Shown one piece after another: positions 22,144 through 32,603 of a stretch of DNA of 64,000 bases. Under the pieces are notes generated by a model. The model saw nothing but the letters and a program-made list of their open reading frames with translations. It was not told the DNA's origin and did not search any database. Both the position numbers and the translations under genes were made by a program. The stretch is from a bacterium. Its GTDB lineage: Bacteria > UBA8248. Location: positions 224,001 through 288,000 of the forward strand of contig CBDCRP010000003.1 of the NCBI GenBank assembly GCA_965221165.1. Reading direction: 5' to 3'. Every line of letters begins with the position of its first letter. The first letter of the stretch is position 1.

Positions 22144-24669
22144 GTGCACCCCCTGCATTTACTGGCGATCGGCTACATAGCAGGCTTGTTGGCGGGCGGG
22201 ATTTCCCTCGACTTCGAGCGGGGAGACGCGGCATCCACCCTCACAGCCGCGCTCGTGCTTGCCATATCAGTTCTGCTCGCCATAAGCCGCCGCATCCGGG
22301 GAAAAGCGGAAGGCCTCCTCGCGGCGCTTCTCGTGTTCGCGGGACTCATCGTTTCTTTCGCCGTGCCCGCGCTCCATCGCGGCTCGACTCCGGAGCATCA
22401 CCTGCTGCAGGACATTCCCTATGAGCGCATGAACGTCACGGGCCACCTCTCCCGACCCGTGGAGCGAAACGACGGAGCGTCGCCCAGACCGCGCATATAT
22501 CTAGACGTGGAGCGCGCCCTCATCCGCGGCGTCGAGGTTCCCATGACCGGCGTCGTGCGCATCACGCTGGCCTCACGGCTCGAAAAAATCCCCGAGGTGG
22601 GAGACAGGCTCCTCATCCGGCGCGCGCGCCTAAAGCCTCCGGATCGCTTCAAGAACCCCGGCGCGTTCGACTATCGGGAATTCCTGCGCTTAAGAGGCGT
22701 CCACGCCGTCGGCTATAGCGGGGTGCGCAATGTTCACCTCTTAGAAGCAAAGGAAAAATGGGGCTGGCGGCGGGTATTGTTCCGCTTCCGCGAGCAGATG
22801 AGCGCCCATATGCACGCCGTCTACCCCGAGCGCGCCGCCGGCCTGATCGAGGCGATGACCATCGGCCAGCGCGAGGGGATCGACCTTGAACTCAAAGACG
22901 CCTTCAGAAGGTCGGGCGCAGCGCATCTTCTCGCCATCAGCGGCTTGCACGTGGGCTTCATCGCCGCTTTTTTCTTCTTCGCCCTGCAGGGCCTTCTGCG
23001 CAGGCTTCCGCCCCGGGTTTTTCCCCTGCGCCCGTTCGTACTCACGCCCTCGAAACTCGCATCGCTCGGCGTCATCCCCCTCGTGATTCTCTTCGCGCTG
23101 CTGAGCGGTGCCCGAATATCCACCGTGCGCGCCACGATCATGATCGTCACCTATCTCCTCACCCGGCTCCTGGAGCGGCCGGGAACGGCGATTCACTCCG
23201 TCCTGCTCGCCGCCCTGCTCATCCTGCTGGTCAAGCCCGGCTTCATATGGGACGTGGGGTTTCAGCTCTCCTTCGTGGCGGTGAGCGCCATCATCCTGGC
23301 GGCCGACAGGCTCCCGCGACCCGAGGCGCGCCTGAGAATCTGGGAGAAAAAGCGCTGGTTCGCATGGGCGCATCAACTCGCCATCATCCAGTTGGTCGTC
23401 ACCGCGGCGATCACGCCGTTGACGGCGCTTCATTTTCACGAGGCGCACCCCATCGGCCTGATCGTGAATTTTCTCCTCATCCCGGTCGCCTCTTTGCTCG
23501 TGCCCCTCTCTTTCGCCGCGAGCGCCATCGCCGCCGTCATGCCGGCGGCCGGGGCCGCACTCCTCCTCCCCGCCACATGGCTCACCGGCGCTCTCGCGCA
23601 ATTCATGATCCTCGTATCGACATATTCTTCTCAAATACCGTGGGCCTCCTTCGTCGCGCCGAGTCCCCAGGTCTGGCTCATCGCCTCGGTCTACGCCCTC
23701 ATGGCTCTGGCCTTGCGTTCTAGGCGCGCGCGGTGGAGGCGAAGCGCCTGGGCGGGCGTGTGCTGCCTGACTTTATTCCTCCTGCTCCCCAGTGCCACTA
23801 CACAGGCCTCAGGGTCCAAGCGCACGACGCTGCTATTGCCCGACGCCGGGAGCGTGGATGCTTTTTTCCTCCGCCTCCCCGACGGAAAGGGTCTGGTGGT
23901 CGATGGCGCAGGCGGCCGGGCGGGCCGCTTCAACGCCTGGCGAAACGTGCTCGCCCCCTTGATGCGCAGGGAGAAGGAACGCAACTGGCATACGATGCTC
24001 TCCCTGGCCCGATACCCGAAAGACCAACTGGCCGCGAACGGATTCGCCATCGGCATACGAATCGAAAATGCGCATCGCATAAGAGACTTGAGCGCCTCCG
24101 CGCCATATCGTTCCCGTTTCAGGAACCGGCGGAATCCTCCCCGCACCATCTGGCGAATGACCGGAGGCGGGGCGCGGGTAGCCTTGCGTTCATGGAGAAA
24201 AGGCGCGATGGGCTTCGAGGTGAAAAACCGCCGCTCCCGCTGGCTGTTCATGCTGCCTTCTAAACATTCCGCGTTCGAGGCCAAGTGGTTTCGGGGGAAA
24301 AAGTACGACCTCGTGCGCCTGCCCGAAAGCCTGCTCAGGAAACGGGAAGTTCTCGACTGGCTCGAGGCGCGTCCGCCCGGAGTCGTCCTGGCCGCTCCCC
24401 AGAGGGTGAAGTGGCTGCGAGCGGACGTTTGGCGGGAAACGAGAAGACGACAGAGAAAGCTGGGGGTCTATCGTCCCTGGCGCGGCGGGATGCTGCGCGT
24501 CAGGGCGAACACCGAAACGGATAGAGCGCACCTCACCGCCGAACGATTCCGCGCGGCCAAAGCCTGGCCCGGGAGCGGCGCCGGGAAGTGGAGAGCGTTT
24601 CGCAGGAGCCTTGCGCCCGAATTTTCACGCCGTCGCGTAGGGAAAAGAGGCGAAACCTCCTCTCAGTGA
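22144..24669 (+). CDS. comEC: ComEC/Rec2 family competence membrane protein
   Basis: NPGAFDY, HLLAISGLHVG, GFQLSF competence-domain motifs; C-terminal beta-lactamase-like region degenerate. Confidence 0.9.
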   Translation: MHPLHLLAIGYIAGLLAGGISLDFERGDAASTLTAALVLAISVLLAISRRIRGKAEGLLAALLVFAGLIVSFAVPALHRGSTPEHHLLQDIPYERMNVTGHLSRPVERNDGASPRPRIYLDVERALIRGVEVPMTGVVRITLASRLEKIPEVGDRLLIRRARLKPPDRFKNPGAFDYREFLRLRGVHAVGYSGVRNVHLLEAKEKWGWRRVLFRFREQMSAHMHAVYPERAAGLIEAMTIGQREGIDLELKDAFRRSGAAHLLAISGLHVGFIAAFFFFALQGLLRRLPPRVFPLRPFVLTPSKLASLGVIPLVILFALLSGARISTVRATIMIVTYLLTRLLERPGTAIHSVLLAALLILLVKPGFIWDVGFQLSFVAVSAIILAADRLPRPEARLRIWEKKRWFAWAHQLAIIQLVVTAAITPLTALHFHEAHPIGLIVNFLLIPVASLLVPLSFAASAIAAVMPAAGAALLLPATWLTGALAQFMILVSTYSSQIPWASFVAPSPQVWLIASVYALMALALRSRRARWRRSAWAGVCCLTLFLLLPSATTQASGSKRTTLLLPDAGSVDAFFLRLPDGKGLVVDGAGGRAGRFNAWRNVLAPLMRREKERNWHTMLSLARYPKDQLAANGFAIGIRIENAHRIRDLSASAPYRSRFRNRRNPPRTIWRMTGGGARVALRSWRKGAMGFEVKNRRSRWLFMLPSKHSAFEAKWFRGKKYDLVRLPESLLRKREVLDWLEARPPGVVLAAPQRVKWLRADVWRETRRRQRKLGVYRPWRGGMLRVRANTETDRAHLTAERFRAAKAWPGSGAGKWRAFRRSLAPEFSRRRVGKRGETSSQ

Positions 24670-24712
24670 AACTAACCGGCGTGCTGCTTTGCTGCCCGAA
24701 AAACAACTCGAA

Positions 24713-26416
24713 TCAGGAGCCCGCGTCGGGCGGCGGCGCGGTGGCGGCCCCGCCCCGAAAGGATTTCACCGTCCGCGTCCATCTCGACGAGAGCACATCG
24801 CGGTCGATCGGGCAGTCGATGACGTGAACGCCGCCTTGCGCCTGCGAGTCGCGGATAGCCTTCTTCAACTCTTCCGCCGAGGCTACGCGATGGCCATGCG
24901 CGCCGAATGCGCGCGCCAGGGCCGGGAAATCGGGATTGTTGAGCGAAGTGGCGATGTAGCGCTCGCCGAACACGTGTTTCTGGGAATGCCTGAGCGCGTT
25001 GTATTCCCCATCGTTGAAAACGAGGTAGGTGATGGGCAAATCGAGCGACGTCGCCGTGGCCAGCTCGCCGCACGTCATAGTGAAACTGCCGTCGCCCACG
25101 ACCGCGCACACCGCTCTTTCTGGTGCGCCGATCTTCGCCCCGATGGCGGCGCCCAAGGCGTAGCCCATCGACTGGTAGGCTTCCGAGAGCAGGATGCTCC
25201 GGGGCCGGTGAACCACGAACGCCTGCTCCATGAGCCAGCTCTGGGTGGCGGAGGAATCCGAGACGAAAATCGTGTCGGGCGAGGTGTTCTCGCGCAGCGT
25301 CTTCATCACGAAAAGACCGTGGAAGGGAGGCTCGGCCGGTTGCGTCGAAAACGAACGCAGCCTTTCCTCATAGAGTCTTTTCCCCGCGCGCACGCGGACG
25401 TGGCCTTCCGAGAGGGCGGCGTCCTCCGCGTCCGAAATTCTCTTGAGCAGTCCTTCGAGCGCAGGCTTCAAGTCGCTCACCAAACCCCTGGAGGCGGGAT
25501 AATTACGTCCGATGCGCTCGGGGTCGATATCTATCTGCACGAGATTCTTCGGCATCGGCGCCTTAAAATAAAAAGTGGCGAACTGCCCGAAACCCGTACC
25601 CAGAGCCAGACACAAATCCGCCTCTCCGAGCATCTCCTCACAGCCCAGGAAATGAACCAGGCCGAAAGAGAGCGGGTCTGCTTCGGAGAGAATTCCCCTT
25701 CCCTTCACGGAGGTGACGACGGGCGCGCCGAGCCCGGAAGCCAGAAGCTGCACCTCCCTCTCGCAGCGGGCGCTCACTACGCCGTTGCCCGCGTAAATCA
25801 CAGGCCGCTTCGCGGCCAGGAGCAACCCGGCGATTTCATCGAGCGCGCGCTCATCGGTGGGAGGCGGGGGCGGCGGCCCCTCGAACTCGGGTTTTATGAT
25901 TACCCGTTCTTCTTCGGCCTGGAACAGGTTCGCCTTCATCACCACCTGCGTCGGCCCGGGCCTTCCCGCCGCCGCCCAGCGAAACGCGGCTTCCACGGCG
26001 GGCGCGACCCCCGCGACGGAATCGGGCGTGAACGCCTTTTTGACGCAGCCTGCGAGCGCCTTTCCCATATCCACGTCGTGGATGGCGCTTCTGTTCCTCA
26101 TGTCGTCGGCGAGCGTGGCCGTCACCGCGACCATGGGGACAGCATCCTCATACGCTGAGCGAAGCGCGGTGGCGACGTTCGTGCCGCCCGGCCCCGGTAC
26201 GGTGAAAACCACGCCCGTCTTGCCGGAAACCTTGGCGTAGGCATCCGCCGCGAAACCCGCACCCTGCTCGTGGCGCGTGACGATGGGCGTAGCACCCGCG
26301 CCGTCGATCATCCCGTCGTAGACCGGCAGCGTGAGCGTGCCCGGGATGCCGAAAATGTATTCCGCGCCGTTTGCGTGAAGCGCATCCAGCAGGACTTGCG
26401 ATCCGTTTCGCGCCAC
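24713..26416 (-). CDS. Thiamine pyrophosphate-dependent enzyme (acetolactate synthase-like family)
   Basis: IFGIPG, RHEQGAGFAAD, GDGSF...FNDGEY TPP motif; GTG start with GGAGGAG RBS. Confidence 0.9.
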   Translation of the reverse strand: MARNGSQVLLDALHANGAEYIFGIPGTLTLPVYDGMIDGAGATPIVTRHEQGAGFAADAYAKVSGKTGVVFTVPGPGGTNVATALRSAYEDAVPMVAVTATLADDMRNRSAIHDVDMGKALAGCVKKAFTPDSVAGVAPAVEAAFRWAAAGRPGPTQVVMKANLFQAEEERVIIKPEFEGPPPPPPTDERALDEIAGLLLAAKRPVIYAGNGVVSARCEREVQLLASGLGAPVVTSVKGRGILSEADPLSFGLVHFLGCEEMLGEADLCLALGTGFGQFATFYFKAPMPKNLVQIDIDPERIGRNYPASRGLVSDLKPALEGLLKRISDAEDAALSEGHVRVRAGKRLYEERLRSFSTQPAEPPFHGLFVMKTLRENTSPDTIFVSDSSATQSWLMEQAFVVHRPRSILLSEAYQSMGYALGAAIGAKIGAPERAVCAVVGDGSFTMTCGELATATSLDLPITYLVFNDGEYNALRHSQKHVFGERYIATSLNNPDFPALARAFGAHGHRVASAEELKKAIRDSQAQGGVHVIDCPIDRDVLSSRWTRTVKSFRGGAATAPPPDAGS

Positions 26417-26713
26417 CTGTAACTCCTCCGGTTTCCTCAAAAATATAAAACTCGCCAAAGCTAGGCGGCATCCGCGCGCGTGTCAACTTCCATCCCCGTT
26501 TGCGCACGAGGGGGGTATGCACTACCTTCTCGACTGTTTCATACCGGCGCGCATCATGAGCCACAACAGTATGCGCAGCCGATAAACGCATCCCCGCCCG
26601 CATTGCGGGGAGCGGTACGCATCTGCAGCCGGGGGAGTTCATAACAGGCGGCAAACACTGCGCGTGCATTTTCTCGCGCATCGCATACTTGTCCGCGAGA
26701 GGGGCGCGAACGC

Positions 26714-27478
26714 ATGATGGAAAAGCCGATGTTCAGCCAAGAGGCGATAGACGCTCTCAAGGAGGCGCAATCCGTGGCCGTCCTGACCGGAGCGGGCGTG
26801 AGCGCTGAGAGCGGCGTGCCCACCTTCCGGGGAGCGGGCGGCCTCTGGCGCGAGTACAGCGCCACCTCGCTGGCCACGCCCGAGGCTTTTCGCGCCGACC
26901 CCAGGCTCGTCTGGGAGTTTTACAACTATCGCCGCGAGGTGCTCACGCCCCTGACGCCCAACCCGGGCCACTACGCCATCGCCTCGATGGAGGAGCGTTT
27001 CGCGCGCTTCACCCTCATTACGCAAAACATCGACAACCTCCACCGCGTCGCCGGGACGAGGGAAATCGTGGAGTTGCACGGCAACATCTGGCGCGTTCGC
27101 TGCACGAACTTAGGCTGTGAGCGCTACACTCTCGCATGGGAGAACCGCGAGGTTCCACTCGACCCCCTGCCCCCAAAGTGTGAGGCGTGCGAGAACCTCC
27201 TGCGTCCCCACGTGGTGTGGTTCGGCGAGATGCTCGACTCCGAGCAGTTGCGCCGGGCGTTGATTGCGGTGGATGATTGCGATTACCTGATCGTGGCGGG
27301 CACGTCCGCCGTGGTGCAGCCGGCCGCCTCCATGCCCATGACGGCCTCTCGAGGCGGCGCGTTCGTGCTCGAGGTGAACCTCGAGCCGACGGACATCAGC
27401 CCATACATGAGCGAGGCGGTGCAAGAGCCCTCGGGCGTCGCCCTTCCCCGCCTGCTCGAAGCGGCTTTTGGAGGATAG
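26714..27478 (+). CDS. cobB: NAD-dependent protein deacylase (class III sirtuin)
   Basis: TGAGVSAESGVPTFRG, YxxR, TQNIDNLH, ELHG, RPHVVWFGE, GTS. Confidence 0.93.
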   Translation: MMEKPMFSQEAIDALKEAQSVAVLTGAGVSAESGVPTFRGAGGLWREYSATSLATPEAFRADPRLVWEFYNYRREVLTPLTPNPGHYAIASMEERFARFTLITQNIDNLHRVAGTREIVELHGNIWRVRCTNLGCERYTLAWENREVPLDPLPPKCEACENLLRPHVVWFGEMLDSEQLRRALIAVDDCDYLIVAGTSAVVQPAASMPMTASRGGAFVLEVNLEPTDISPYMSEAVQEPSGVALPRLLEAAFGG

Positions 27479-27480
27479 CG

Positions 27481-28743
27481 ATGGCGCGGCCCAAGCTCAC
27501 GGCGGTGCGCGGCGTGAAAGACATTCTGCCGGAAGAATCTTTGAGCTGGCGAGGAGCCGAGCGTCTGGCGCGCGAGATTTTCACGCGCTACGGCTACGGA
27601 GAGATAAGAGTGCCCGTGTTCGAGCGCACGGAACTGTTTGCGCGCGGCATCGGCGAGGAAACCGACATCGTCTCCAAGGAGATGTACACCTTCGACGACA
27701 AGGGCGGTGACTCCATCACCCTCCGCCCCGAAGCGACCGCCTCGATTTGCCGCGCCTACGTCCAGAACGGCCTCCACAACCGCCCCGGCGTATCGAAGCT
27801 CTTCTGCATCGGCCCCATGTTCCGCTACGAGCGTCCCCAGGCGGGCCGCCTGAGGCAGTTTCACCAAATAGACGCCGAGGTATTCGGCGCCGAGGACCCG
27901 GCGGTAGACGCCGAACTCATCGTGATGCTCATGGAATTTCTGGACGCCATGGGGGTCGAAGGTCTGGCGCTTCAGATCAACAATCTGGGCGACACCGAAT
28001 GCCGCCCGGCCTACGCCGCCGCCCTCCAGGAATATCTCAGACAGGAAACGAAGCATTTAGGCCCTGAAATCGCCGAGCGCATCGAGCGCAACCCGCTGCG
28101 CTTCCTGGACAGCAAGGACCCGGATCATCAGGAGATCATCGCGCGCGCGCCGAGGATAGACGCGTTCTGGAACGATGCGTGCCGGGAGCATTTGAACAGC
28201 GTATGCGAATTCCTAAAAGGCGAGGGCGTCGCCTACAAGATAAACCCGAGGCTCGTTCGCGGTCTCGATTATTACTGCCTCACCGTCTTCGAGGTGACGA
28301 GCGAGAGTCTGGGGGCTCAAAACGCGGTGTGCGGCGGGGGGCGCTACGACGGTCTCGTGGAAGAACTGGGCGGCCCTCCCACGCCGGCGATTGGTTTCGC
28401 GGTCGGGATGGAGCGTCTTTTGCAGTTGGCCGGCGAAAAGGCCCCGGCCCCGAAAGAGGGAACGCAAGTCTACATCGTCGCGCTCGGCGACGCCGCGCAG
28501 CGCCAGGTCTTCGAACTCGCCTCCGAATTGCGCGCGCACGGGATTCGGACGGAACGCTCCTTCGGCGGGGGCAGCATGAAGAGTCAGATGAAGCGCGCCG
28601 ATCGCTCAGGCGCCGAATTCGTGCTGTTGCTCGGCGATGACGAGGCGGCCAAGGGAGTGGTGAGCGTTCGCCACATGGTCGAAAGCCGCCAGAGAGAGGT
28701 GAAACGAAGCGAGATATACAATTACATAAAAGATAATTTATAG
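27481..28743 (+). CDS. hisS: Histidine--tRNA ligase
   Basis: KEMYTF, LRPEATA, FRYERPQAGR, LVRGLDYY, GGGRYD; ATG at 27481. Confidence 0.98.
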   Translation: MARPKLTAVRGVKDILPEESLSWRGAERLAREIFTRYGYGEIRVPVFERTELFARGIGEETDIVSKEMYTFDDKGGDSITLRPEATASICRAYVQNGLHNRPGVSKLFCIGPMFRYERPQAGRLRQFHQIDAEVFGAEDPAVDAELIVMLMEFLDAMGVEGLALQINNLGDTECRPAYAAALQEYLRQETKHLGPEIAERIERNPLRFLDSKDPDHQEIIARAPRIDAFWNDACREHLNSVCEFLKGEGVAYKINPRLVRGLDYYCLTVFEVTSESLGAQNAVCGGGRYDGLVEELGGPPTPAIGFAVGMERLLQLAGEKAPAPKEGTQVYIVALGDAAQRQVFELASELRAHGIRTERSFGGGSMKSQMKRADRSGAEFVLLLGDDEAAKGVVSVRHMVESRQREVKRSEIYNYIKDNL

Positions 28744-28788
28744 CTAACTAACAATTAGTTGCACGGTATAATTCAAGTAGATTCTATC

Positions 28789-29721
28789 TTACGAGCAAAG
28801 CCATTCATACACGCTGACGACCCCCACCTCGCCGAACCCCAGATCCTGATAGAACGCGCGCACCCCCTCGTCATCGGCGGAGACGATAAGTTCGAGCGCC
28901 TCCGCGCCGCACGCCAACGCCCTTTGGGCGGATGCCTGAATCAGCAAGCGGCCCAGCCCTTTTCTGCGGTGGGCGCGCATGACGCCGATGTCGGGAATGT
29001 AGACGGATTTATCGCCCGAAGCCAACCGGTTCGGGTCGACGGCCAGTATCGCCATACCCGCCCCCTCGGGGTCGCCCGATTCCGTATCGAAGAACTCGAG
29101 GATGAGTGAATTCTCCGGGCGCGTATCCGGCGCGTCGTACCACGCGGTTATGGTCTCGGCCGTATGGCGCATAAAATTCCACATGTTCACGAAAATCCCG
29201 TTGAACAGATCGGCGAGGTATTGCGCATCGCCGGGCAGGGCCGGCGCGCGAATTCCGTAGCCCGTCGGCGGGAGAGAATCCGACAGTTCTTCCAGCGAGT
29301 CATGCTTCAGGAAACGAAGATCGTGAACCTTCCGCCCACCGCTCAGATACACGAAACGCCCCGGAAGCGAGACGGGCAGATAGGCCCATATGCCCCCCAG
29401 GCCGTTTTCTTTCGCCCCGGCGAGGGCCGCCTCCAGCAGATGGCGCGCATAGCCCTCCTTTCTGCTCTCGGGCCGCACGAAAAGGGCGTCGATGCAGGCC
29501 CTGTCCCTCGCTCTCGTCTCCCTGTTCATGACCATCCGGCAATAGCCCGCCGGGATCTCATCGCCTTCCTCTCCCGACCAGACCAGCCAGACCTCCGTGC
29601 CCGGCGCGCCGAAGCCTCCGACCACCTCTTCGTGCGAAAGCCCAAAAGCATCCGCCGCCAAAGAGGCCAGCGCATCACGGTGCCTGGACTCGAACCGCTC
29701 CACTCTAACCTCGGTAGACAT
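28789..29721 (-). CDS. Tandem-domain GNAT N-acetyltransferase
   Basis: Two acetyl-CoA motifs (LFVRPESRKEGYA; GVMRAHRRKGLG...FYQDLGF). Confidence 0.85.
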   Translation of the reverse strand: MSTEVRVERFESRHRDALASLAADAFGLSHEEVVGGFGAPGTEVWLVWSGEEGDEIPAGYCRMVMNRETRARDRACIDALFVRPESRKEGYARHLLEAALAGAKENGLGGIWAYLPVSLPGRFVYLSGGRKVHDLRFLKHDSLEELSDSLPPTGYGIRAPALPGDAQYLADLFNGIFVNMWNFMRHTAETITAWYDAPDTRPENSLILEFFDTESGDPEGAGMAILAVDPNRLASGDKSVYIPDIGVMRAHRRKGLGRLLIQASAQRALACGAEALELIVSADDEGVRAFYQDLGFGEVGVVSVYEWLCS

Positions 29722-30097
29722 GCACGCTTCCCTCGTCGATCATCTTCTCGAATTTTTTCATCAGCCAGCCCCGCAGCACGGCGCGCACGGGAGGCGCCAT
29801 CAGGGCGAAACCGGCGGCGTCCGTCAGAAGGCCGGGGGTGAGGAGCAGCACGCCGCCCACGAGCACCATGGCGCCCTCGACCATCTCGGCCCCGGGGAGC
29901 CTCCCCTCCGCCATTTCCGCCTGTATGCGCGAGACCACGTAAAACCCCTGGGTTCTCGCCGCCCATGCGCCCAGCGCGCCCGTGAGAATCACGACCCCCA
30001 GCGTCGGCGCCAGACCGATGGCGCTGCCCAGATCGATGAGAATCATCAATTCCGCGATGGGGATGAGCGTGAAGAGCAAAAACAGTTTGAAGATCAA
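29705..30097 (-). CDS. fxsA: FxsA family membrane protein
   Basis: LFTLIPIAEL...GGVLLLTPGLLTD; TTG start with AAGGAG RBS. Confidence 0.9.
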   Translation of the reverse strand: MIFKLFLLFTLIPIAELMILIDLGSAIGLAPTLGVVILTGALGAWAARTQGFYVVSRIQAEMAEGRLPGAEMVEGAMVLVGGVLLLTPGLLTDAAGFALMAPPVRAVLRGWLMKKFEKMIDEGSVHVYRG

Positions 30098-30339
30098 GAC
30101 GCTTCTCCTTCGTTGCACGTTCGCCTTATTTTAGCACGAGTTCGCGCGAAATGGATATATGGGGAGATTCGTGCAAAACAGGGAGGAAACGAGGCAGGCG
30201 CAAAACAATCCCGAGGTGCGCGAAACGCAGGCCGCCTCTTTTCAGGCCGGGTGAAAAGCCTTACAGTCCTACGAAGCATTTCAATACTTCCACGCGCTTG
30301 CGGCTATCGCACCCGATGAGATCGAAGGAGGCTCGAGAA

Positions 30340-31401
30340 ATGGCATCCACAATGAAAGCAATGCGGCTTCATGAGTTGGGCGGCTCGTTCAGGCTGGAGG
30401 AGGTTTCGATTCCCCAGCCCGGCCCGAACGATGCTCTCGTACGCCTCAAGGCCACGGGCGTGGGACTCACGCTGGTCATCATGCGCAGCACGCCGGGCTT
30501 GGTGGATGAATACCCGAGAATTCTGGGACACGAAATCGCGGGCGAGGTCGTCGAGACGGGCTCCCACGTCACGAACGTGGGCGAAGGCGATCACGTGACG
30601 TGCCATTTTTACCTCACCTGCCACAACTGCCGGTTCTGCCGCAGCGGCCGTGAAACGCTTTGCGAGAATTTCAGGGGATACTTCGGCCTCGTCATGGACG
30701 GGGGCTATGCGGAATACACCGTCGTTCCCGCCGTGAACCTCTGCAAGATTCCCGAGGGCGTCAGCTCGCTCGACGCCTGCGTGGCGGCGGACGCCATCTG
30801 CACCCCCTATCACAACTGTGTGGCAGAGGCCCAGATAAAACCGGGCGACCTGGTGGCGGTCGTGGGCGCAGGCGGCGGCGTGGCGATCCACTCGGTGCAG
30901 ATGGCCCAGGTGTGCGGCGGCCACGTCATCGGAATCGACGTGTCGGAGAAAAAACTCGAAACCGTCTCCGAACTCGGGGCCTTCGCCACGCTGAACCCCG
31001 CGCAAACCGACACCGTGGAGGAAATCCTCTCCCTGACCGACGGACGCGGAGTGGACGCCTACATCGACTACGTGGCCTCGCGCGAGACGCTCGAAGCGGG
31101 CCTCGCCAGCCTCGCGCGCGGGGGCAAGCTGGTGATCGTGGGCTACCGCCCTGCCGCGGCGTACAAGAACGTGTCGCCGAACTTCACCGTCGACCCGCTT
31201 CACCTGCTCACCTACGCGCAGGAGATTCACGGCTCGCGCTACTGTTCGATGGAGGAACTCGGGCAATCGCTCGCGCTGGTTCAGCAGGGCAGGATAAAAC
31301 CCATCGTGACGGAAACCTTCCCGCTCGAAGAGACGGAAGCCGCATTTCAGGCGCTCATTGAAAACCGGGTGACCGGCAGGGCGGCGGTGGTGTTTGATTA
31401 G
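30340..31401 (+). CDS. Zinc-binding medium-chain alcohol dehydrogenase family protein
   Basis: ILGHEIAG, CHNCRFCRSGRETLC structural Zn, GAGGG; the usual catalytic-Zn Cys (GxCxxD) reads GVGLTL. Confidence 0.88.
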   Translation: MASTMKAMRLHELGGSFRLEEVSIPQPGPNDALVRLKATGVGLTLVIMRSTPGLVDEYPRILGHEIAGEVVETGSHVTNVGEGDHVTCHFYLTCHNCRFCRSGRETLCENFRGYFGLVMDGGYAEYTVVPAVNLCKIPEGVSSLDACVAADAICTPYHNCVAEAQIKPGDLVAVVGAGGGVAIHSVQMAQVCGGHVIGIDVSEKKLETVSELGAFATLNPAQTDTVEEILSLTDGRGVDAYIDYVASRETLEAGLASLARGGKLVIVGYRPAAAYKNVSPNFTVDPLHLLTYAQEIHGSRYCSMEELGQSLALVQQGRIKPIVTETFPLEETEAAFQALIENRVTGRAAVVFD

Positions 31402-31463
31402 GCTTCATACGCGAAGAAGTATTCGTCTTGATGACTTTCAGATGATTTTTAGGAGAAACACCC

Positions 31464-31940
31464 ATGGTGGAAGCCGTAGACATGGAAGTGATGGCCAAGC
31501 AGGAGCGCCGGGTAAGGGCCAGGCGCATGGAGGGCTGCCGGGTGGAACTGAAAGCGCGGAAGCACTCCTTCATCGCCGATGAACCCGCGCAGGGCGGCGG
31601 AACCGACACCGGCCCCACGCCGCGCGAACTCGCGCTCGGCGCGCTTTCCGCCTGCATCACGGTCATCACGAGCAAGGTGGCCGATGGGCTGGGCTTCAAC
31701 GTCATCGCCCAGGAAGTGGAGGTTCGCGGCACGGCCGACCCCAGGGGCGCCAAGGATGCGGACAACGACATCAGCCCCAACTTCGATTACGTGGAGGCGA
31801 AAATCCACCTCACCACCGATGAGTCCGACGAGCGCGTCGAGGAACTCAAGCGCCAGCATCACGGGCGCTGCCCCATTTCCGCTCTCTACCGCGAGAGCGG
31901 CTGCGAACTGGTGGAGGAATGGGTGATCAAGCGGCCATAA
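31464..31940 (+). CDS. OsmC/Ohr family protein
   Basis: DEPAQGGGTDTGPTPRELALGALSAC and RCPIS conserved Cys pair. Confidence 0.9.
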   Translation: MVEAVDMEVMAKQERRVRARRMEGCRVELKARKHSFIADEPAQGGGTDTGPTPRELALGALSACITVITSKVADGLGFNVIAQEVEVRGTADPRGAKDADNDISPNFDYVEAKIHLTTDESDERVEELKRQHHGRCPISALYRESGCELVEEWVIKRP

Positions 31941-31947
31941 AAACCCG

Positions 31948-31987
31948 AAACCCCCGCCGCGTCCCGAAAAACGCGCCGGGGGTTTTT
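31948..31987. terminator. Probable bidirectional intrinsic terminator between convergent OsmC and CoxG genes
   Basis: AAACCCCCG-CCGCGT...ACGCG-CCGGGGGTTTTT stem with A/T tails. Confidence 0.7.
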
Positions 31988-32051
31988 GTATAGGGCGCAT
32001 ACAGGGTGCGGGAGCGAAACGGGGCCGCCGCGCGAAGGGAAAATCCCTCCC

Positions 32052-32495
32052 CTACTCCACCTTCGCCTTCACGTTTTTAGCGAATTCGGCGAAAATCTTG
32101 TTCGCCTGGTTCTTGATGACGCTGAAGCCGAGCGAGCCGAGTTTCCCGAACACGTCGACGCTGGAATCGATGCGCACCGTGGTCTCGTTCTCGGAGACGG
32201 CCTCGAGCGTCACCTCGTTTTTCTGCTTGAGGCTCGCCGCGAGTTTCGAATCCTTCCCCTCGCCCACCGTGCGGATGTACTCGGGCGCGCGCACCTCCTC
32301 GATTTTGATCTGAAGCTGAAAACTCGCCTTCAGGAAACTGACCTTCTGCTCGACTCTCACGCCGTAGGTCGCGTCGTCGATTTTCTTCACGTCCTTCACT
32401 CCGGGCACGCAGGCGGCGAACTCCTCGACCTGCCAGATGAAATCCCACACCTTATCCCGGGGGGCCGCGACCGTAATCTCCTGGTTAAATTCCAT
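32052..32495 (-). CDS. CoxG/SRPBCC family protein
   Basis: VAAPRDKVWDF...AACVPG...GKLGSLGFSVI, 147 aa. Confidence 0.85.
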   Translation of the reverse strand: MEFNQEITVAAPRDKVWDFIWQVEEFAACVPGVKDVKKIDDATYGVRVEQKVSFLKASFQLQIKIEEVRAPEYIRTVGEGKDSKLAASLKQKNEVTLEAVSENETTVRIDSSVDVFGKLGSLGFSVIKNQANKIFAEFAKNVKAKVE

Positions 32496-32603
32496 GTTGG
32501 TGTCCTTTTTATTCCGGGTGACGCGAAATAATGATCAAACGAGGGTATGATTCTAGCAAGAGGTGAAGTTTTCCTCCACAGACCCTTTCCGTCAAGGATA
32601 AGC

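Noticed and set aside
31464-31940. OsmC protein as another selenoprotein
   Set aside because: Both catalytic positions are ordinary Cys codons and the frame has no internal TGA.
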